The notes under the pieces: generated by a model
Databases searched by the model: none
Told to the model about the DNA's origin: nothing
The model's input: only the letters and a program-made list of their open reading frames with translations
Origin: an archaeon GW2011_AR15
Lineage (GTDB): Archaea > Nanobdellota > Nanobdellia > Woesearchaeales > GW2011-AR15
Length of the DNA stretch: 64,000 bases
Assembly: GCA_000830295.1 (NCBI GenBank)
Contig: CP010425.1
Coordinates: forward strand, 832,001 to 896,000
Direction: 5' to 3'
Program-made: the position numbers and the translations under genes
In this document: positions 9,991 to 19,359 of the stretch, piece after piece
How the letters are laid out: every line of letters begins with the position of its first letter
Numbering within the stretch: the stretch's first letter is position 1

Positions 9991-10181
9991 TTTTTGCTGT
10001 TCTTCAGTCTCTTTATTATGTTTTTTACAGGGTTTATTATCAGGAAGGCTATGACTGCCCCCAGAACAGCCACAATCGTCTGCCAGAAAGAGCCGATTAT
10101 AATCCCGCCGGTTCCCGGGTCAATGTATGCGTAGCTACTGTGAACTAACAATATGAAAATCACTAAATATGTCCCCCACAT
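9987..10181 (-). CDS. Small membrane protein with AYIDPGTG motif
   Basis: 64 aa: signal-like N-terminus, YIDPGTG, second hydrophobic segment, basic tail; ATGA overlap with the next gene. Confidence 0.7.
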   Translation of the reverse strand: MWGTYLVIFILLVHSSYAYIDPGTGGIIIGSFWQTIVAVLGAVIAFLIINPVKNIIKRLKNSKK

Positions 10182-10268
10182 TTGTATTTAAGTTACCCGA
10201 GGAGTATTTAAACGTTTTGATTGGTTTTGATGAAAGAATATTTAAAGAGAGAAAATTTAGTTTGTGAA

Positions 10269-11498
10269 ATGGAATTCAAGAAAGAAATATTACTTTTCCT
10301 TATTTTTATACAAATTGTTGCAGTTTTATTTCTTGGATTTAATATGGTAAAAGACACTTATTTATCAAATAATTCTTATAAATGTAAAGAATGCAATATA
10401 GTACTCATAATTATAGATACAGTGAGAGCAGATCACATTAGCTTTTATGGTTACCATAAAAATACAACACCTAACTTAGATAGTCTCGCAAAGAAAGGAG
10501 TTTTTTTTAACCAGGCAATTAGCCAGGGGTCCTGGACAGCGACATCAGTACCTTCTTTAATTACCTCCAGATACCCTTCGACAATCGAGGTTTACCTATT
10601 TTCAGATACGAATATATTAGCAAGAGAGATACCAACTCTCCCAAAGGTATTGCAAAAAAAAGGTTATAGAACAGCGTTTATCAGTTCTCACCCACTTCTG
10701 TTTGTAGAAGAGGTAGGTATGTTTGAAACATTCATAAAATCCGATGGTGCTAAGGCAGATAACTTAACAAACGAGGCAATTCAATGGATCAGAGAAAATG
10801 GTGAAGATAGATTTTTTCTACAACTACATTATATGGATGTGCATGATATTCCTTTCTTTGGTAATCAAACTACCTTGGAAGAAGGCATCTCAATGTATGA
10901 TGAAGCACTTACATTTACCGATTCAAACATAAACAGACTTATAGAAGAACTTAATAAACTAGGCATAGAAGATAAAACGATTATAGTTTTTACATCAGAC
11001 CATGGAGAGGGGATAAATGACCACGAACAACTGTTTGAACATAGTGCATACTTGTATGATTATTTAATAAATGTTCCACTAATAATCTACAATCCAAAAG
11101 CAAAAATTACAGGATACAACGTAGATTGTCAAGTTCAGCTTGTGGATATTGTTCCAACCATGTTAAATATTCTAGGAGTAAAAGAACAAGAGTCATTTCA
11201 AGGTAAAAACTTATTCCAATACACTCAATTTGATGTTTGTACAGACTCTTCAATTAGTGAGCACATACAATTTGAGTTTTATCCTGATGATGCAATATAC
11301 CTTTATGAACTTAAATCGTTTAGGGTTGGTAAGTGGCATCTAATACAAAACCTTAGCTCAGAAAAAGAACCATTTGAATTGTATAATCTAGAAGAAGATG
11401 CCAGAGAATTAAATAACCTTATAGATAATTATACAGAGCTTAAACCAGAGTTAAATACTGAAATAATAAAAAGAATAGAGAACAGAACTTTAATCTAG
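10269..11498 (+). CDS. Sulfatase-like hydrolase/transferase
   Basis: DTVRADH, TPNLDSLA, WTATS, HYMDVH, TSDHGE, DIVPT; ATG at 10269 preferred over the TTG at 10221 because a TATA-like TATTTAAA lies about 30 bp upstream. Confidence 0.82.
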   Translation: MEFKKEILLFLIFIQIVAVLFLGFNMVKDTYLSNNSYKCKECNIVLIIIDTVRADHISFYGYHKNTTPNLDSLAKKGVFFNQAISQGSWTATSVPSLITSRYPSTIEVYLFSDTNILAREIPTLPKVLQKKGYRTAFISSHPLLFVEEVGMFETFIKSDGAKADNLTNEAIQWIRENGEDRFFLQLHYMDVHDIPFFGNQTTLEEGISMYDEALTFTDSNINRLIEELNKLGIEDKTIIVFTSDHGEGINDHEQLFEHSAYLYDYLINVPLIIYNPKAKITGYNVDCQVQLVDIVPTMLNILGVKEQESFQGKNLFQYTQFDVCTDSSISEHIQFEFYPDDAIYLYELKSFRVGKWHLIQNLSSEKEPFELYNLEEDARELNNLIDNYTELKPELNTEIIKRIENRTLI

Positions 11499-12665
11499 GT
11501 TTTTTACTAACTCATAATTCTCCTTATTCTCCATCAGATTATCACATGTTTTGAGGCAGCCGACTTTTTCCACAAACCCAGGGTGTTCCTTTAGATTAAC
11601 TCCTATCTGCCTGAACATCTTCTGCTTCTGTCCGTTCCAGATATCTCTGAATCTTTGTCTATTAATGTTTCCAGTAGCCACCATAACTCCACGGCAGCAC
11701 GGCGCAACATCTCCGTTTGCCATTATCCTTGAGAAAGTCCAGCCGACGGTGCAAGGAACCTTGTATATGATGTTGCTGTCGTATCTGCCTGTTGTCACTG
11801 TACTGTTCGAGATCCTTCTCAGAAAATTATCCGGGTTGTCGATTTTTAGATCCCCATAGTGACCTTTATGGTATTTTTCATAAATCCTTGCAAAGCTCTT
11901 TTTCAGCTCTTCCTGCTGTTTTTTGTTTAAAAGAAGAGAATCTGTCTCTCCGTCAATAGGATCAACCATCGTAAGGTAGACTTCACTTGCCTTGACTTCT
12001 CTGGCAAGCTCTATCATTTTTTCTATCTCTTTATAATTCAGGTTTGATATAACATTGGCAATAACAACTTTTGTTTTCCTGTTTATTGTACTGAAATACA
12101 TCAAATTCCCCTTAATCCTGCTGAATGCTTCTTCTGTCTGGTTGGGATGTGTTTTCGCGTATGTTTTGGGAGTGGCTGCCCAGAGGCTTACAGTAAGATT
12201 ATCCACCCCGTATTCTACTAATGTATCCAGTTTCTTTTTGTTCATTAAGGAGAAGTTGGTTGTTATATCAAGCCTGATTCCCCTGCTCTTTATCAGCTTT
12301 ACAATCTCCATTATTTGAGGGTGTATGAAGGGCTCGCCGCCCCCCGTCAGCCGAATTTCCTCTGTTTTTAGCTCTTTCAGGTCTTCTACAAGCTGCTTTA
12401 TTGTCTCAAACGGAAGCTGCTGCCTGAACCATTCTTCTTCAGGCTTTTTTTTGTTTAACATAGGAGAATAAGTCCAGCAGGCAATGCAGTTGAGGTTGCA
12501 CTTGTTTGTTATGTCTATTACAACATATTTTGGGCCAAGAGAGGCATTAAATTTCCTGTTTTTTATCTCGCTTATTCTAATACTGGCATGATTTTTTTCA
12601 TTTGCTAAATTCCTTTTAAACAGCTTTAGCTGCGATTCCAGATAAGATACCATAGATAAATACAA
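11490..12665 (-). CDS. Radical SAM protein with SPASM/Twitch domain
   Basis: CNLNCIAC, TGGGEP, C-terminal CTVGW..IMANGDVAPCC…CLKTCDN. Confidence 0.9.
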   Translation of the reverse strand: MYLSMVSYLESQLKLFKRNLANEKNHASIRISEIKNRKFNASLGPKYVVIDITNKCNLNCIACWTYSPMLNKKKPEEEWFRQQLPFETIKQLVEDLKELKTEEIRLTGGGEPFIHPQIMEIVKLIKSRGIRLDITTNFSLMNKKKLDTLVEYGVDNLTVSLWAATPKTYAKTHPNQTEEAFSRIKGNLMYFSTINRKTKVVIANVISNLNYKEIEKMIELAREVKASEVYLTMVDPIDGETDSLLLNKKQQEELKKSFARIYEKYHKGHYGDLKIDNPDNFLRRISNSTVTTGRYDSNIIYKVPCTVGWTFSRIMANGDVAPCCRGVMVATGNINRQRFRDIWNGQKQKMFRQIGVNLKEHPGFVEKVGCLKTCDNLMENKENYELVKNLD

Positions 12666-12735
12666 TATTTGAAGATATTTAAATGTAAGTTACCAAGACT
12701 AATCGTAACTATGAAATAGTAACAAAAGCGAAAGA

Positions 12736-12743
12736 TTTATATA
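12736..12743 (+). promoter_or_regulatory. Archaeal TATA box with upstream BRE-like purine run (probable leaderless transcript)
   Basis: CGAAAGA-TTTATATA about 22 bp before the ATG at 12766. Confidence 0.55.
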
Positions 12744-12765
12744 GGAGTAGGAAATTAATATCTTC

Positions 12766-13899
12766 ATGAGTCTGGCAAATATTGTCAATAAAACGCTCTT
12801 GCTTGGAGTAGGGTTATCATTACTAGTGAATGCAGCATGTTCGCCTGTTCAGGCACAGAATAACCCAAGCGCTACAGAGACAAGACCTGCAGTCACAGCC
12901 ACATACACTCCAACAGCTATCCCTACAAACACAGCTACAGCCACGCCTGAGCCAATTTATCAGGAAGTACAGGGCGTTAGGGTGCCTACAAATGTAACTA
13001 TAGAAGAAGGTATTCCAATGATGATACAGGGAGAAGAGAAATTAATCAATTATTTCTGGTATGGGGAAGCAGGACAGAATTTTTCAAGAGACTTAGAGCT
13101 AAGCGGAAATGTGTATGTTATTGGAGATGTCAATGCGCAGAATGTAACTTGTGTGAATAGCCCACAGGTTTATGTTGATGCTAATCATGATGTACAGGAC
13201 CTCTATGCGCATTATGGAGAAGCACACCAAAGGTCAGGAATAAACAATGAATACGAAATCTTAGAAGGAGTTCATAGAGGAGAACCTTTTTATGATGAAG
13301 AAAACAAAATATCTATGACTTTTAATGGGTTTCTTGATTGTATAGGGATTAACCAAGAATATCCAGTTTTACTAACATCAGATGCAGCTGAGCCTACAAG
13401 ATGGGACTGGAACTTTTTTCAATATAAAGGGATAATACAAAATGCGATTATTGAGTATGGCAGATCTGTTGAACCAGGAGATAACACCGAAATAAGTTAT
13501 AGTATAATTAGACACATGGGCGGAGGATCTATAGTTACATGGCATAATAAAAATGTTGTTATTAAGAATAACACACTCTACGATACTAACCATGAGCTAA
13601 TAGATATCCATCATTCAGATGTAGAGATTATAGAAAACGATATAGGGCCAGCAGTTAATGGCACTATAATGCGACCAGGCATAATTTTAGATTTAGAAGA
13701 AGACGGATTTGTTACAATCTATGGGAATAAGATACATGATAATGGAATAGGGATATTTTTTCTCAGTCAACCTAGAGAGGTCCCAGACATTAGTGGAAAT
13801 ACTTTTTATAATAATTTAACTGATTTAGAGTATGAAGAGAATGGAATTATCCTTAATGAATTTTTAGAGGAGTGGATTACATCAAACTATTTTGAATAG
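12766..13899 (+). CDS. Lipobox surface protein with T/P-rich linker and right-handed beta-helix domain (copy A)
   Basis: LLVNAAC lipobox-like motif; PTNTATATPEP linker; IKNNTLYD, IIENDI, IYGNKIHDNGIGI, ISGNTFYNN repeats; paralog at 34617-35774. Confidence 0.75.
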   Translation: MSLANIVNKTLLLGVGLSLLVNAACSPVQAQNNPSATETRPAVTATYTPTAIPTNTATATPEPIYQEVQGVRVPTNVTIEEGIPMMIQGEEKLINYFWYGEAGQNFSRDLELSGNVYVIGDVNAQNVTCVNSPQVYVDANHDVQDLYAHYGEAHQRSGINNEYEILEGVHRGEPFYDEENKISMTFNGFLDCIGINQEYPVLLTSDAAEPTRWDWNFFQYKGIIQNAIIEYGRSVEPGDNTEISYSIIRHMGGGSIVTWHNKNVVIKNNTLYDTNHELIDIHHSDVEIIENDIGPAVNGTIMRPGIILDLEEDGFVTIYGNKIHDNGIGIFFLSQPREVPDISGNTFYNNLTDLEYEENGIILNEFLEEWITSNYFE

Positions 13900-13921
13900 A
13901 AACTTAGTAAATCTTCTGATA

Positions 13922-15382
13922 TTATTTGTATAAATAATTCATTGCATGCCTCAACGTATACCCCAACCCATGCTCCCTCAAACAATCAAAGAACAGTTTA
14001 ACAGGCGTTTTATTCTTGTATCTCTGCTGCTTAATCTTGTGGTCATGCCATCTGCTATAGGCGTATCTCTGCGCTCTGGTTAAATCCTCAGAACTCAGTG
14101 TTTCAGTCCTTATGACGCTCATTGTGTTGCCGTCATAGTTTGAGAAATTTTCATTCACGATCATTCCCTGCTTTTTGAGCATATCATAAAACTTAGTGCC
14201 GGGGAAAGGTGTCATTATAGAGAACTGGACTGATTCAGGGTCAATGAAAAGAGCATAATTAACAGTCTGGTTAATTGTTTCTCTTGTTTCTCCTGGTAGG
14301 CCAAGAGTAAATGTGAGGTGCATCTTTATTCCCAGCTTTTTTGTAAGCTGCATGTTCCTTGTAGCAACTTTTAGATTAAGATTCTTTTCAGCAGCATCCA
14401 CAATCTCCTGAACACCGGATTCAACTCCATATTTGACAGCAGCCAACCCTACTTCTTTTAATCTTACAAGAATTTCTTCATCTACTATATCTGAGCGGCC
14501 CATGAATGCCCATGGAGTGTTCCAGTTCCTTTTCTTCAGCTCATCAGCGAGCTCAAGCATTCTTTTTTTCCCAATATTAAAGGTATCGTCGTCAAAATAG
14601 ACTGATTTAAAGCCAAGCTTTTTGACACAATATTCCATTTCGTCTACAACTTCTTTTACATTCCTTGCCCTGTAATTCCTGCCGCTGTAGACAAGCTGAG
14701 GCCAGACGCAGAAAGTGCAAAGATAAGGGCATCCCCTTGTAGCTATCATCTGGACGCTTGGGAAAGGTATGCCACCTGGACAGTCATGGTATTTGTAAAT
14801 TGGGAAGTCAACCCTGTCAGGCCATGGATATTCTTCTAATGGCTTTCTTTCTGTTCTTCTTTCATTCACGACAATTTTATTCTTATTCCTGAAAACCAGG
14901 CCAGGTATCTTATTAAGGGGTTTTTTGTTTTCCAGGTTCTGGACCAGTTCAAGCAGAGTAAACTCATATTCTCCTACAAGGGCAAAATCAATATTAGGGT
15001 TTTCTTCCATGAATTTTTCATTAAAGATATCCATATCAGGGCCGGCAATCGCAATCTTGCACACGGAAAAAGCTTTTATCTGCTCTATCAGCTCTAAATC
15101 ATGCTTTAGGGAGGGAGTTGAAACCTCAACAAACAGCACATCAGGGTCAAATATCTTTAATTGCCTGAAAAATTCAGCATAACTCATATTATCTGCAATT
15201 GCATCAATGGCTTTTACATTAACATTGTGTTTTTTTAATAAAGAAGTTGAATAGGCCAGGAAAAAAGGAAAAGGAAGATATCCTTCTTCTTCAGTTATCT
15301 TTAGATGGGGCCACCTGCTGCCTGCCCTGACACCCTGTCTACCCCCCACAGTCCATGGCATATTTGCCAGTAGGATTTTCAT
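13922..15382 (-). CDS. Cobalamin-binding radical SAM protein, HpnJ-like N-terminus
   Basis: RAGSRWP…PFPFFLAY; GEYE; TRGCPYLCTFC; FDDDTF; YGVESG; TPFPGT. Confidence 0.88.
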   Translation of the reverse strand: MKILLANMPWTVGGRQGVRAGSRWPHLKITEEEGYLPFPFFLAYSTSLLKKHNVNVKAIDAIADNMSYAEFFRQLKIFDPDVLFVEVSTPSLKHDLELIEQIKAFSVCKIAIAGPDMDIFNEKFMEENPNIDFALVGEYEFTLLELVQNLENKKPLNKIPGLVFRNKNKIVVNERRTERKPLEEYPWPDRVDFPIYKYHDCPGGIPFPSVQMIATRGCPYLCTFCVWPQLVYSGRNYRARNVKEVVDEMEYCVKKLGFKSVYFDDDTFNIGKKRMLELADELKKRNWNTPWAFMGRSDIVDEEILVRLKEVGLAAVKYGVESGVQEIVDAAEKNLNLKVATRNMQLTKKLGIKMHLTFTLGLPGETRETINQTVNYALFIDPESVQFSIMTPFPGTKFYDMLKKQGMIVNENFSNYDGNTMSVIRTETLSSEDLTRAQRYAYSRWHDHKIKQQRYKNKTPVKLFFDCLREHGLGYTLRHAMNYLYK

Positions 15383-15406
15383 AGAGGTAGTGAAAGAGAG
15401 AGAGTT

Positions 15407-16432
15407 TTAAATATGTTTCTGAATTATTTCTATTAATCTAGTTAATGGCTTCTTCCCAAGCTCTTTTTTTCTTTCCTGAACATCATACAGACAGTTTACT
15501 AAGAAATGACAATTTTCTTTGCATGTGCTTGCTTTTTTTCTTGCATGAGAAAAATCTCCGTAATAGATCTCCATTGGACTATCTCTTATTATGTTCCCGG
15601 CAGGCATTTCTTTTATGCATCCATGAACGTCTCCTGTGTAAGAAACAGCAAAATTGTTGGTGCCAGCAGGGCATTTTATCTCCAAATCTGCTTCAGGATT
15701 GAGAAAATACTGTATATATTTATCAAATTGGGATGCAGGGTTGGATATTTTGGCACCCTCCAATTTTCTCCTTTTCAGATACTTCATAACCTGTATTATA
15801 ACTTCCCTGTCTTTCGGCCATAATGGATCATTTTTCCACCATTGTTTGCCCCCATTATGAGTTAACACTTGATTGTATGCCTGGAAATGGATGTAATTAA
15901 TTGGCAATTTTTCTGTTATCCACTCAACAAATTCAGGAATATCATATATGTTATCTTCTAAAATGATTGCTGAAATACCTATACTTAATTCTGGTTTTAA
16001 CTCTTTTAAGTAATTTATGGCTTTCACACATTTCTCGAATAAATCAGGTATACCTCTCATCCTATTATGTTTCTCAGCAAAACTGTCTATAGAAAAATCA
16101 ATATGGCTTATTCCTGCTTCTATAAGTCTCTCACAGTTCTTCTCTGAAAGCAAGCTTCCGTTTGTAACAATAGAAACAATAATTCCAAGTTCTCTTATCC
16201 CCCTGATAACAGCATATAAATCTTTATACATGAACGGCTCTCCACCGCCGATACAGACATGCTCTACATCAGAAAATCTCTTAAGGTCTCTTGCGGTTCT
16301 GATCCAGTGCTCTGCAGGAAGTATTTTCTCATTATAAATCGGGTTTTCCCATATCTTACAGAAATCGCATCTGGCGTTACAAACACCATTAATCTGGAAA
16401 TCAACCCTTATTTTCGGTCTTTTTCTATCCAT
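15407..16432 (-). CDS. Radical SAM protein with SPASM/Twitch domain
   Basis: CNARCDFC, GGGEP, TNGSLL, C-terminal CPAG…GDVHGC…CKENCHFLVNC. Confidence 0.88.
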   Translation of the reverse strand: MDRKRPKIRVDFQINGVCNARCDFCKIWENPIYNEKILPAEHWIRTARDLKRFSDVEHVCIGGGEPFMYKDLYAVIRGIRELGIIVSIVTNGSLLSEKNCERLIEAGISHIDFSIDSFAEKHNRMRGIPDLFEKCVKAINYLKELKPELSIGISAIILEDNIYDIPEFVEWITEKLPINYIHFQAYNQVLTHNGGKQWWKNDPLWPKDREVIIQVMKYLKRRKLEGAKISNPASQFDKYIQYFLNPEADLEIKCPAGTNNFAVSYTGDVHGCIKEMPAGNIIRDSPMEIYYGDFSHARKKASTCKENCHFLVNCLYDVQERKKELGKKPLTRLIEIIQKHI

Positions 16433-18130
16433 CTACCGCTCCACAAACCTCAGCAAGTCATAATTTAGTGCAGCATCTACCATCATTGTGTTCTGGTCAT
16501 GATTGTCACAGGAATCGCAATAATCGTCATATAACAATCTGCCATATAATGTGAGGGGGTTCTCTTTATGCATAATTAACCCGTCATTCCTGTATCTGGT
16601 ATATGCATCTGAAAGCCAGACATCTTTCAGGCCAGAGCCGTCTTTCTCCAGCAGCCCAATCATCCTTGCACCGCAGCACATGAAAACCTCTCTTCTTAGT
16701 GATACATAAGTAAAGCACCAGCCGACATAGCACCCCTGGCTCAATAACCCTTTGTTTCCCCAGCTTCCGGAATTCTTATCATAATGTTTTATCTCAAATT
16801 CAATGAAGGAGTGGAACTCAATCCCTATCTCTTTGCACACTTCTCTGGCCTTTTCGAGCTCTTTCTTCACAAAATCCATATCACTTTTTTTCATATATAG
16901 CTTGTCCACGCTGAAATTCTCCAAATGGACAAGCTGATACCATATCTTGTCAGCTCCGATTTTCTTTGCATGATAGGCCATGTCAACGATTTCTGTAAAA
17001 TTATACTGATTTATCACATAAAGTGCCTGTATAAACGGATGTCTTACATTATGATCTTTTTTTAACTGCGATAACTCTAAGATATTGTCCTCTATTTTCT
17101 TCATTAGCTTAAGTGGGGAATTTGGCCTTACAAGTTTCCATGATTTTTCAGATGCATAAGACAAAGAAACATTTATTGATTGACAATTGCCATATTCCAC
17201 AATCTGTTTTTTGTATAGATGAAGCATTGATCCGTTCGTCACCAAATCTAAGTTTAACCCCAAATCCTTTGTAATCTTTAATATCTCACCAAACTGAGGA
17301 TGCATTGTCGGTTCTGCTCCTCCAACAAGAAAAACATTTTCGGCGCCAAGCTCTTTTGCCTCTTTTAATGAATTCTCCACAATTTCTATATCCAGCATCC
17401 CAAATAGCTCCGAGTGCTGGTCATCCCAGTATTTTTTATTCCATGGAGAGAATTTTCTGCAATAGACGCAGTCAAGGTTGCACTTTCCGCTTAAATCCAG
17501 AAGAATATTTTCCGGCCCGCTAAAAACGTCTTTGACAACAGGACCTAATGTTCGCAGGAATGCGCCCATATTAAACCCTGTACTTCTGGAGTTATTTTCT
17601 ATGACTGAAAGCAGCTCGTCTAGCTGGCTGTCTATAATCCTGAATTCTATGCCCTGCTTTAGACAGGCCCTGCTTAAATTACTTAGATAGGCATAAAACC
17701 GGGATTTTATATCCACTAATGGGAGAATGTTAAATTTAGGGATGTCTGCATTTTCTCCTTTAATTTCCATAACCAGCCCTATTATCCTATAAAGCCTGTG
17801 AAAGTTTGTTCTCCTTATTCCGATTATAATATGGTGCTCCTGATTCTTTGAGACGGCTTCTTTTAATTTATCTACTTGTTTGAAAAAATCATTTTCATCC
17901 AGATCAACACCCCATCTGTGGTTTTCTGATGTGTCGCCGCACAAGTAGATTAAAGGTATGTTTTTTGAACTTGGCAGAGGAAACTTTCTATCCTCTATAT
18001 TTTCATATTTTCCTATCACATCAAGCTTTTCAGAATATTTTATGATATCCGGATAGGTAGGTATTCCTTTTTTTGCAATCTCCCTGACTTCCGGAGGTAT
18101 TATAATCTTACCCGAACCATAGATTCCCAT
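16433..18130 (-). CDS. Radical SAM/SPASM protein with ~200-aa N-terminal extension
   Basis: CNLDCVYC, GGAEP, TNG, CYVGW…VFMCC…CDSCDN; C-terminal pattern resembles 11490-12665. Confidence 0.85.
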   Translation of the reverse strand: MGIYGSGKIIIPPEVREIAKKGIPTYPDIIKYSEKLDVIGKYENIEDRKFPLPSSKNIPLIYLCGDTSENHRWGVDLDENDFFKQVDKLKEAVSKNQEHHIIIGIRRTNFHRLYRIIGLVMEIKGENADIPKFNILPLVDIKSRFYAYLSNLSRACLKQGIEFRIIDSQLDELLSVIENNSRSTGFNMGAFLRTLGPVVKDVFSGPENILLDLSGKCNLDCVYCRKFSPWNKKYWDDQHSELFGMLDIEIVENSLKEAKELGAENVFLVGGAEPTMHPQFGEILKITKDLGLNLDLVTNGSMLHLYKKQIVEYGNCQSINVSLSYASEKSWKLVRPNSPLKLMKKIEDNILELSQLKKDHNVRHPFIQALYVINQYNFTEIVDMAYHAKKIGADKIWYQLVHLENFSVDKLYMKKSDMDFVKKELEKAREVCKEIGIEFHSFIEFEIKHYDKNSGSWGNKGLLSQGCYVGWCFTYVSLRREVFMCCGARMIGLLEKDGSGLKDVWLSDAYTRYRNDGLIMHKENPLTLYGRLLYDDYCDSCDNHDQNTMMVDAALNYDLLRFVER

Positions 18131-18155
18131 AGAAATAGAATAATATTCTGAGTTT

Positions 18156-19319
18156 TTATATATGTTTCTGTGATAAATCTCTCTTATACAATTTTAACAG
18201 CCTGTCAGCAACAATCTCCCACCTGAACATCCTCTCGGCCCTTTCTCTTGCCTTTTTCTCCAGTTTTTTCCTTAAGGCTTTGTTTTTCAATAGTTTCATT
18301 ACCTTATCAGCCATTTCTTGATAGTTTCCTGGTTCATACAACAATCCTGCATCTCCAAGCATCCAGGGAATTTCTCCGACATTGCTTGCTACAATGGCCT
18401 TTCCGGATGCCATGTACTCAGCTATCTTTAAAGGGGATTTGCATCTCTGCTGCTTTGTATCGGCAAAACTGCCGACAACAACATCTGCAGCAGCAAGATA
18501 TTCATTAACTTCTTTTCCAACTGCAAATCCGGTAAAAATGATCTCTTTCTGCAAGCCCATTTTCATTACAATCATGTTAAGCCTTGGAAGGTCCTGCCCG
18601 CCTCCGACAATCATAAATTTCGCTTTTGGCATTTTTTTTAGTATTAATCTGGCAGAGCGTATAAACTGCTGGGCATACTGGGCGCCGTGAAGCTGCCCAA
18701 GATACAGCACAACAGGGTTTTTCTCAATTTTGTATTTTTTCCTTACATAAGCGCCGGGGTATTTTGGGCTGAACCTGTCCAGATCAGCGCATACATTTGC
18801 CTTTACAATCCTGCTTTCAGGAAAGCCCATCTCTAAAACCATGCTTCTCAGCTCTTCGCTCGCTACAGACACAGAATCAACAAGCTTAGGCAGTAGCTTT
18901 TCCATCACATTAAGGTACCATCCGTAGATTCTTGAAGGCGGTGAGAACATGTATATGCCGTATTCCCAGTCATCCCAGTCATAGTGCACAGGCTTATTAT
19001 TAACATAAGCAGAGAATATCGCAGGAATTGAGGCAATTGAAAAGCATTTCTGGAAATGAATCACATCGGCCCATTTCCCGAATTCAGCCATTTTTTTCAT
19101 ATTTGAGAACAAATACCATTTGCTCCTGTTAAAAGGAATTGTTTCATATTCTGTTATTTTTTCCTTTAGTTTCCCTCTCTCTTTTCCAGAAAGTGGGAAA
19201 TATACAAGCTTTACCCTATGGCCTTTTTTGACAAATTCATGGGCAATGGAAGTTATTCTTATTGTCCATGGCTCTGAGGCAGAGTAGATGTCGTGCGGGT
19301 GGATTATTAAAATATTCAT
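18156..19319 (-). CDS. Glycosyltransferase family 4 (GT-B)
   Basis: SPLKIAEYMASGKAIVASNVG motif; GT4-type N-terminus. Confidence 0.9.
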   Translation of the reverse strand: MNILIIHPHDIYSASEPWTIRITSIAHEFVKKGHRVKLVYFPLSGKERGKLKEKITEYETIPFNRSKWYLFSNMKKMAEFGKWADVIHFQKCFSIASIPAIFSAYVNNKPVHYDWDDWEYGIYMFSPPSRIYGWYLNVMEKLLPKLVDSVSVASEELRSMVLEMGFPESRIVKANVCADLDRFSPKYPGAYVRKKYKIEKNPVVLYLGQLHGAQYAQQFIRSARLILKKMPKAKFMIVGGGQDLPRLNMIVMKMGLQKEIIFTGFAVGKEVNEYLAAADVVVGSFADTKQQRCKSPLKIAEYMASGKAIVASNVGEIPWMLGDAGLLYEPGNYQEMADKVMKLLKNKALRKKLEKKARERAERMFRWEIVADRLLKLYKRDLSQKHI

Positions 19320-19359
19320 TTTATTTTTTAAGAATAACTATGGCTATATTTAAATATAG

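Noticed and set aside
4558-18130. RiPP cluster (SPASM enzymes plus small ORFs)
   Set aside because: The small ORFs are membrane-anchored with no leader/core pattern; no RRE, peptidase or peptide exporter was recognised; the context is glycan synthesis
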